In this document: one piece after another, positions 58,915-64,000 of the stretch
Position numbering within the stretch: the stretch's first letter is position 1
Layout: each line of letters begins with the position of its first letter
IMG/VR virus record: IMGVR_UViG_3300028591_000071
From: a virus
Lineage: Duplodnaviria; Caudoviricetes
Reading direction: 5' to 3' (one strand)
DNA: 64,000 nucleotides
Made by a program: the position numbers and the translations under genes
Notes under the pieces: generated by a model
Databases searched by the model: none
The model's input: the letters and a program-made list of their open reading frames with translations, nothing else
Told to the model about the DNA's origin: nothing

Positions 58915-59465
58915 ATGGAAAGAAAATACAGGAAATGACCGAGGAGGAAGTCCTCAATCACGTGGCTACGGCTATTCATGACTATCTGATGCGAATTCGT
59001 CCGCAGCACGGCGAATTCGTTCTGGAGGATTGCATGGCCAGACAGGTCAGTGAGTTGAAGATGCTGTTCCGCTGGAGTCGCGGGCTGGGAAGGAGGGATT
59101 CCTTGAGTCCCCAGGATGTTCAGGAGCTTGACATTACCATCAATCATTTCCTGCCTCAGATGCAGGAGCGGGCTCGTGCCGTGCAACTGCATTATACTAA
59201 AGAGCAAACCCTGTGGAAGATCAAAGGGACTTCGGCAGAAGCGCTCATCAAGAAGGCTTTTCAGGATGTGGGAATGAAAGCAGTCGTAGAGTGCCAGAGG
59301 TATCGAGCTAAAGTAATTATCGACCTTGGCGGGCGCACACTTCGTATCTATGTGGGATTCAAGGCCCTTGAGCAGGAGGACACTCTGCCCAATGTGACCC
59401 GGGCGGTTCTGGACTTGAAGGATGCCGCGTGCCGGATTGGTGGTGATATTAAACTTGGAAGATAG
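58911..59465 (+). CDS. Hypothetical protein
   Basis: Coupled to the vWA gene; MTEEEVLN segment resembles the next gene. Confidence 0.55.
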   Translation: MNGKKIQEMTEEEVLNHVATAIHDYLMRIRPQHGEFVLEDCMARQVSELKMLFRWSRGLGRRDSLSPQDVQELDITINHFLPQMQERARAVQLHYTKEQTLWKIKGTSAEALIKKAFQDVGMKAVVECQRYRAKVIIDLGGRTLRIYVGFKALEQEDTLPNVTRAVLDLKDAACRIGGDIKLGR

Positions 59466-59466
59466 T

Positions 59467-60054
59467 ATGTTCAGATTCTTGAGAAGACCGTTCCCTATGA
59501 CTGATGAGGAGGTAATCAATCAGGCTCTGAAGGCGGTCAATGAATACGCAAAACAGCATAAAGGAAGCGATTTTGACATCGACGAAAGTGTCAAGTGCGC
59601 CGTCAAGGCTGTTGAGCCCGTATGGAGAAGTGTAAGATATCCCGGACGTATTCTAAAGCCGTCACAGGCTTTGGAACTCAAGGAGATTACCGGCCGGGTA
59701 AAACCGCAGCTGGAACAGCGAGCCCGGGCTCTTGCTTATGAGTGCATGAAAAAGCAGAAAATCGAATCGATTAAACTGACGAGCTATGAAGCACAGATTA
59801 CCTCCGGACTTAGGGCGAGGGGCTATATGTTTCATTATGACTGGCAGAAAAGCAAGGTCGTGGTCACTATCAAAATCAGCGATACGCTTGCATGCACGCA
59901 GGAAATTAAGTACTCTGACATTAAACGGGGACTTCTCCCCGGCATTATAGCTGATGTGGCAGAGGCGGTGGATCTGCTGATTGGCAAAAACCTGAAGGTG
60001 AGTGTTTGGAAGATGTCAAATGATTGGAAAAGATGGGTAACATGGAGCTCTTAG
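59467..60054 (+). CDS. Hypothetical protein
   Basis: MTDEEVIN..RARA.. similarity to the previous gene. Confidence 0.55.
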   Translation: MFRFLRRPFPMTDEEVINQALKAVNEYAKQHKGSDFDIDESVKCAVKAVEPVWRSVRYPGRILKPSQALELKEITGRVKPQLEQRARALAYECMKKQKIESIKLTSYEAQITSGLRARGYMFHYDWQKSKVVVTIKISDTLACTQEIKYSDIKRGLLPGIIADVAEAVDLLIGKNLKVSVWKMSNDWKRWVTWSS

Positions 60055-60827
60055 ATTTCAAATCTATTACGGCGGAAGCCGTTAAGGAAATCAGCAGTAT
60101 TCCTCTGGAACGACCGGGCGGCTTCTTCAACAGGCGTCAGGTCAAGGTTGATATTTCTCCGGAAACACTTCGAGAGATGCTTCTAAGAAAGGTCTGGGGA
60201 AAAGGAGTAGGGCTGTTAAATACTCAGGAAGCGAAAGCTGAGCCTCTCGTTGCAGAAAAGGCTTTATCGGAACTCATGAAGAGGGGGGCCGTCAAAGACA
60301 AGATTATCTATAAGAAGGATTCGTTCCGCCTGAAACTTGAGAATAGCCAGTACCGGGCATATACATTCGGCGTATCAGGGGCGGTTTACGCCTGCCCGTG
60401 GCCATCAGAGAAACGATATGAGATTCTGATGTCCGGAACCATGTTCGCGGATTTCATCCTTCAGTTCGATGCAGAGATTCCGGAAATGGTCTCTCGCATC
60501 CCGGAGATTATTGAGGTCCTCAAGATGAGGGAGTTGGAGGAAAGGAAGCGAAGGATGGAGAATGAGTTGAAAGAACAAGTCCTTCGGTCCCTCATAGAAC
60601 AATACCTGAAACCCATTGGACTTTCCGTACGCTATAAACTCGATGAAGGAGACATGGTCTCGATGGATATCTCTCAAACCCTCACCGCGCATTTGGAAAT
60701 GCCTCTGGCCCAGATGATGGACAAACTGAAAGATGCCGATGCCTTTAAAGCGTTACTACAGGCAGAGGAAGAACCCGGGATTATTATAGACGACGAGGAC
60801 GACCTCGAGAATATGCTTATTCCTTAA
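60042..60827 (+). CDS. Hypothetical protein
   Basis: ORF in the same operon. Confidence 0.55.
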   Translation: MELLDFKSITAEAVKEISSIPLERPGGFFNRRQVKVDISPETLREMLLRKVWGKGVGLLNTQEAKAEPLVAEKALSELMKRGAVKDKIIYKKDSFRLKLENSQYRAYTFGVSGAVYACPWPSEKRYEILMSGTMFADFILQFDAEIPEMVSRIPEIIEVLKMRELEERKRRMENELKEQVLRSLIEQYLKPIGLSVRYKLDEGDMVSMDISQTLTAHLEMPLAQMMDKLKDADAFKALLQAEEEPGIIIDDEDDLENMLIP

Positions 60828-60886
60828 TTCCGTGTAAGAATATATCCGGTCTTCGGTATAAGTAGACGATAACACAAACGGACACT

Positions 60887-61087
60887 ATGAAGAACGAAGA
60901 CCAATTCCCCACAGACAAGCTGGTGCAGAATACCATTTCTGCCTTCAGGAACGGATACATTGGAGACGAACAGGCCATGTTTGCCATTGACTTTGCGGCC
61001 AAGCTGGGCGATACAGATGCTCAGGCACTGCTCGATAAGTGCAAGGAAATCGGTGTAGCAGAGGCGTTTAACTCAATCGGCAAGTAG
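60887..61087 (+). CDS. Hypothetical protein
   Basis: Short ORF in co-oriented run. Confidence 0.45.
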   Translation: MKNEDQFPTDKLVQNTISAFRNGYIGDEQAMFAIDFAAKLGDTDAQALLDKCKEIGVAEAFNSIGK

Positions 61088-61090
61088 TCT

Positions 61091-61585
61091 ATGTCGATGT
61101 GTCTCCAGATGATTCAGAAGCCTCCGGTGGTCTTCACGAAGTACGACCCGGCAAAGGTCATTAGCCACTCGGACCTTGTTTTGGCGCTTAACTCACGCAG
61201 AAGCGATGCTATCTCCTGGCTCTGGCTAAGCTATGGACGTGCCGTGCTGGATGATGTCAATCCTTGTATGGAAGCAAACGAAGGAGCTGCAGCAACCATC
61301 GCTTTTACATCCTGCTACAAGAGCCTCTCAAAAATGGAGGTTAACCAAATGCCTGGTTCCAACTATGAGCTGAAGGTCGGAGATACGAGCCTATATCTGT
61401 CTGAGACGGACGAGGGAGACGTATTCCTCTATTTCTTCTCTCCGGAGAAGTCTTTCAGCCGCAGGGAGGAGTGCAGAATCGATCTTACCGATTTCGGAAG
61501 CGATGCGGCCGCATACTTCATAGCGACAGTATTTGAATCATATAAACCCGTAGTGCGATACTTTGATACGAACAAATACGAATAA
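61091..61585 (+). CDS. Hypothetical protein
   Basis: ORF in co-oriented run. Confidence 0.5.
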   Translation: MSMCLQMIQKPPVVFTKYDPAKVISHSDLVLALNSRRSDAISWLWLSYGRAVLDDVNPCMEANEGAAATIAFTSCYKSLSKMEVNQMPGSNYELKVGDTSLYLSETDEGDVFLYFFSPEKSFSRREECRIDLTDFGSDAAAYFIATVFESYKPVVRYFDTNKYE

Positions 61586-61768
61586 CCCGTCAGCTTAACA
61601 GAACCATTAACCAGGGATACAAAACGCTCCAATGGCGAAACCTACTACTGCAGCGAGCCTACATCCAATGTCGGGAAAGTAGGCCAGAAACGATGGAACA
61701 ACTGCGTTGTGAAGCACATAGATAAGGTTAAGTGACAAAAAATGATTAAATTTGAATTTATCATCTCA

Positions 61769-62074
61769 ATGGACAAAGCAAAACGAACAATGAAACCTAA
61801 AAAGAAACAGAAGAAACTCCGGATTACGGAGAGGGATTTCCTCCTGGCCAACCGAAGGGCGGCGAGGATCGAGGAAATCGAAGCGCATGGCCGGCCGGTT
61901 TCATTCCGGGGGGCTATCCACAAGTCCAAGAAGGTCTACAATCGCAAAGCACTGAAAAGGCAGGCATCTGATGATGACCTGCCTTTATCATTGACGTCTG
62001 TCTCTCCTTCCGCTCGGGTCACGGATGACGATTTCGTTCAGGAACGCATCCAGATCTCCCTGGAACTCCGATAA
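61769..62074 (+). CDS. ArfA-like alternative ribosome-rescue factor candidate
   Basis: HGRPVSFRGAIHKSKKVYNRK; TAAATTTG -7 box at 61747-61754; internal hairpin at 61956-61986 before the stop. Confidence 0.55.
   Translation: MDKAKRTMKPKKKQKKLRITERDFLLANRRAARIEEIEAHGRPVSFRGAIHKSKKVYNRKALKRQASDDDLPLSLTSVSPSARVTDDDFVQERIQISLELR
61956..61986. terminator. Hairpin/terminator inside the ArfA-like ORF and at the end of the convergent gene
   Basis: AAAGGCAGG-CATC-TGAT-GATG-A-CCTGCCTTT. Confidence 0.65.
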
Positions 62075-62944
62075 GTCATAGAGGACAGGAGTCAGTTGGT
62101 GGCAGACGCTGATAGCCACATACCTACGTCCAGTCAACGGGAAAACCCATACCATCTTATCCGGGTTATTATGGACCCGCAGCGGCTCTCCGAACCGATT
62201 CTTCAGGGCATTGACGGAGTGATAGCCGCAGCAGTCCGCACCGATAGTCTCCAGGTCACGCAGTTTCTGCGCTCCATCGATATGCCAGGCATCACCTAGG
62301 CAGAGCCATTCCGGAACGCATTCACGGTACTTTCGCAGTGTCCGGTGGAACGGGGCCCCGACACCCGTGAAGTTGGTCCAGTTGCCTGCGAATCCCCAGC
62401 ACTGGATGAAGCAGAGCATCTTCGGGGCAAGACCCCGGCTGCAGTAGAGCTGCTGGAACGTAGCGAGTCCCTCGCCGCAGACGAACAGCAAAGAGAACCG
62501 CTCGGGACCATGTTCCTCGCCTCGGTCGGCATTACGCTCGAACACGACCCAATGGGCGAAATGGGCAGGACCGTCCTTTGTTCCAAGGAAGGAATCCCAG
62601 TAGTGGGGACTGGCCATGGGCTCCGGACGAGCCTCGGGTGAAACCATCTCCAGATGCCAGTCGGCCGGGATGTACTCCTCCCGGCGGAGGCTGCGGTGGC
62701 CAAGTACATGATAGCCCAGCACCGTCCTCGTGTCACGGATGTATTCCACCTCCGACACGTCGAAATCGCAGTACACGAAGCTATTGATGCCCAGGCTCCG
62801 CCAAAGGGTGTTGCACAAACGGATGGGCCGTCCGTCGGTACGGCTGGCCGGGTAATAGAGAGAGTCTTTCAGCAGGTCGTCCATTAGGACGGAGCCGCGA
62901 GCGATGCGGTCGGGAGTAAGGTCGTTCAGTCTCATAGCAACCAT
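61988..62944 (-). CDS. Hypothetical protein
   Basis: SLYYPAS.DG.P..FVYCD..RFSLLF..EG.ATF..LY pattern. Confidence 0.6.
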   Translation of the reverse strand: MVAMRLNDLTPDRIARGSVLMDDLLKDSLYYPASRTDGRPIRLCNTLWRSLGINSFVYCDFDVSEVEYIRDTRTVLGYHVLGHRSLRREEYIPADWHLEMVSPEARPEPMASPHYWDSFLGTKDGPAHFAHWVVFERNADRGEEHGPERFSLLFVCGEGLATFQQLYCSRGLAPKMLCFIQCWGFAGNWTNFTGVGAPFHRTLRKYRECVPEWLCLGDAWHIDGAQKLRDLETIGADCCGYHSVNALKNRFGEPLRVHNNPDKMVWVFPLTGRRYVAISVCHQLTPVLYDLSEFQGDLDAFLNEIVIRDPSGRRDRRQ

Positions 62945-62998
62945 ATATACTCCCCACTCATGTCTTTCTTACACACATCCCGTCCCTACTCAGACCGT

Positions 62999-63481
62999 TC
63001 ACTGCCCCATGGCAAGATCAATGATACCTTGAGGGATGACCGGGGTGTAGTCGAAGTCACCCGGGCTTCCCTGTTCCATCACATCCCCGTACAACGCCTC
63101 GATGCTGGCTACCTTCTCGGCTTCGCTCAATTTGTTGAAGTTCTTGATGGTACGGCGACGCTGCCCTTCCGGGATCTCGAAATAGCCGCAAAGATGCCCC
63201 TCAATAAGCCAGTGCTTGTAGTTGGCATAGCTCGCGGCATCGTACGACGCATAATCAAGTGCCTGGTAGATCTCCGGGCACTTCTCTTTGAGGCCGAGTT
63301 TCTCCACGTCGGTCTCACCTCCATTCTCCTTGATCAGAGCGACGAGCTGCTCCACCTGGTTATCCTCCAGCGACACGCACCCCTCTCCTTCGGCATACTC
63401 GCCCACGCCGTTGCAGTGATAACCCAGACAAATCTCAATCGTGAAATCGAATTTTTTCATATCATAACAAGTTAAATCCAA
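62999..63481 (-). CDS. Hypothetical protein
   Basis: Co-oriented ORF. Confidence 0.5.
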   Translation of the reverse strand: MDLTCYDMKKFDFTIEICLGYHCNGVGEYAEGEGCVSLEDNQVEQLVALIKENGGETDVEKLGLKEKCPEIYQALDYASYDAASYANYKHWLIEGHLCGYFEIPEGQRRRTIKNFNKLSEAEKVASIEALYGDVMEQGSPGDFDYTPVIPQGIIDLAMGQ

Positions 63482-64000
63482 ATATTTCCATCGGAGATAG
63501 TAACGGGAAACCGTCTCAAGATCTCCATACCGACAACGCCGTCAACACCGATAACGGAAAGCATCATCTGCAATGAACCGGGAAGATGTCCTGCCTTCAT
63601 CGTAAAATCATTCCCGGCGAAAGAGGCGGGGAACTCGAATATAGGTGTTTCAAAGGTATCTCCATGAACCAACGGATTGAAGTCTGTCACCTGACCAATC
63701 GGATTGAGTCCTCCCGTAAATGACCCGGATACGTACGATGTCGGCGCACCCGTGTCTAGTATGATTTTGGCGGGCTTTCCGGTCAGAAACATATCCACAG
63801 ACATATAGCCCATCCCCATCCTGGAAGGAAGGCGGGTCATGCCGTCAGTCGAAGGATTGAGAGAAAGTTTCCCTCCGGGAATGTCAATCTTCATCCCTAA
63901 CCTGGAGATGATATCCATCCCCAACAATCCAGAAACATTCACGCCAACCTTCTCAGCTATGTATGAAGAATCCACCCCCATTAAGGAATCAGGTACTGGG
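63472..64000 (-). CDS. Retropepsin-like aspartyl protease, 5' end probably outside the window
   Basis: GLLGMD, ILDTGAP, GVVGMEIL. Confidence 0.75.
   Translation of the reverse strand, partial: PVPDSLMGVDSSYIAEKVGVNVSGLLGMDIISRLGMKIDIPGGKLSLNPSTDGMTRLPSRMGMGYMSVDMFLTGKPAKIILDTGAPTSYVSGSFTGGLNPIGQVTDFNPLVHGDTFETPIFEFPASFAGNDFTMKAGHLPGSLQMMLSVIGVDGVVGMEILRRFPVTISDGNIWI

Noticed and set aside
54841-59519. Long minus-strand ORFs (54841-55809, 56626-57477, 57532-58188, 58866-59519) and similar shadow ORFs elsewhere
   Set aside because: They are antisense shadows of well-supported genes, expected with biased codon usage, and have no recognisable motifs.
1-64000. tRNA, rRNA or tmRNA genes
   Set aside because: No cloverleaf with a T-loop was found by eye in intergenic DNA; a tRNAscan/ARAGORN run would be needed to exclude them fully.

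Overview
About 1-51.6 kb is AT-rich, standard-code jumbo-phage DNA. Bacteroidetes-type TTTG-N19/20-TAnnTTTG promoters suggest a Bacteroidales host (inference). It holds a T4-gp21-like prohead protease and head-core cluster, many multi-domain putative virion-internal proteins (SprT/zincin, PcfJ-like, pol-beta nucleotidyltransferase, InPase, ADP-ribosyltransferase-like), ClpC, a UvrD-like helicase, IF-1, Hsp20, an amidase endolysin, a holin-like gene and a TnpB-only IS200/IS605 element. A ~15 kb array (34.0-49.6 kb) of shuffled paralogous small genes has conserved ends that also survive as orphan remnants. An IS1595 element (51664-53798) with phage-type passenger genes and no visible TSD joins this to visibly GC-richer, host-like DNA (53.8-64 kb: ECF sigma, AAA, MoxR-vWA, retropepsin). 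Main leads: (1) a putative late promoter (C/A)TATTTAT paired with a shared capsid-targeting-like peptide and L/I-x-E junctions, suggesting protease-processed effector polyproteins; (2) an ArfA-like ribosome-rescue peptide present both as a phage fusion and as a host-like gene with an internal hairpin before its stop; (3) a -1 frameshift in a head-core gene; (4) the cassette-like array; (5) several candidate structured RNAs. All family calls come from motif recognition by eye; no searches were run.
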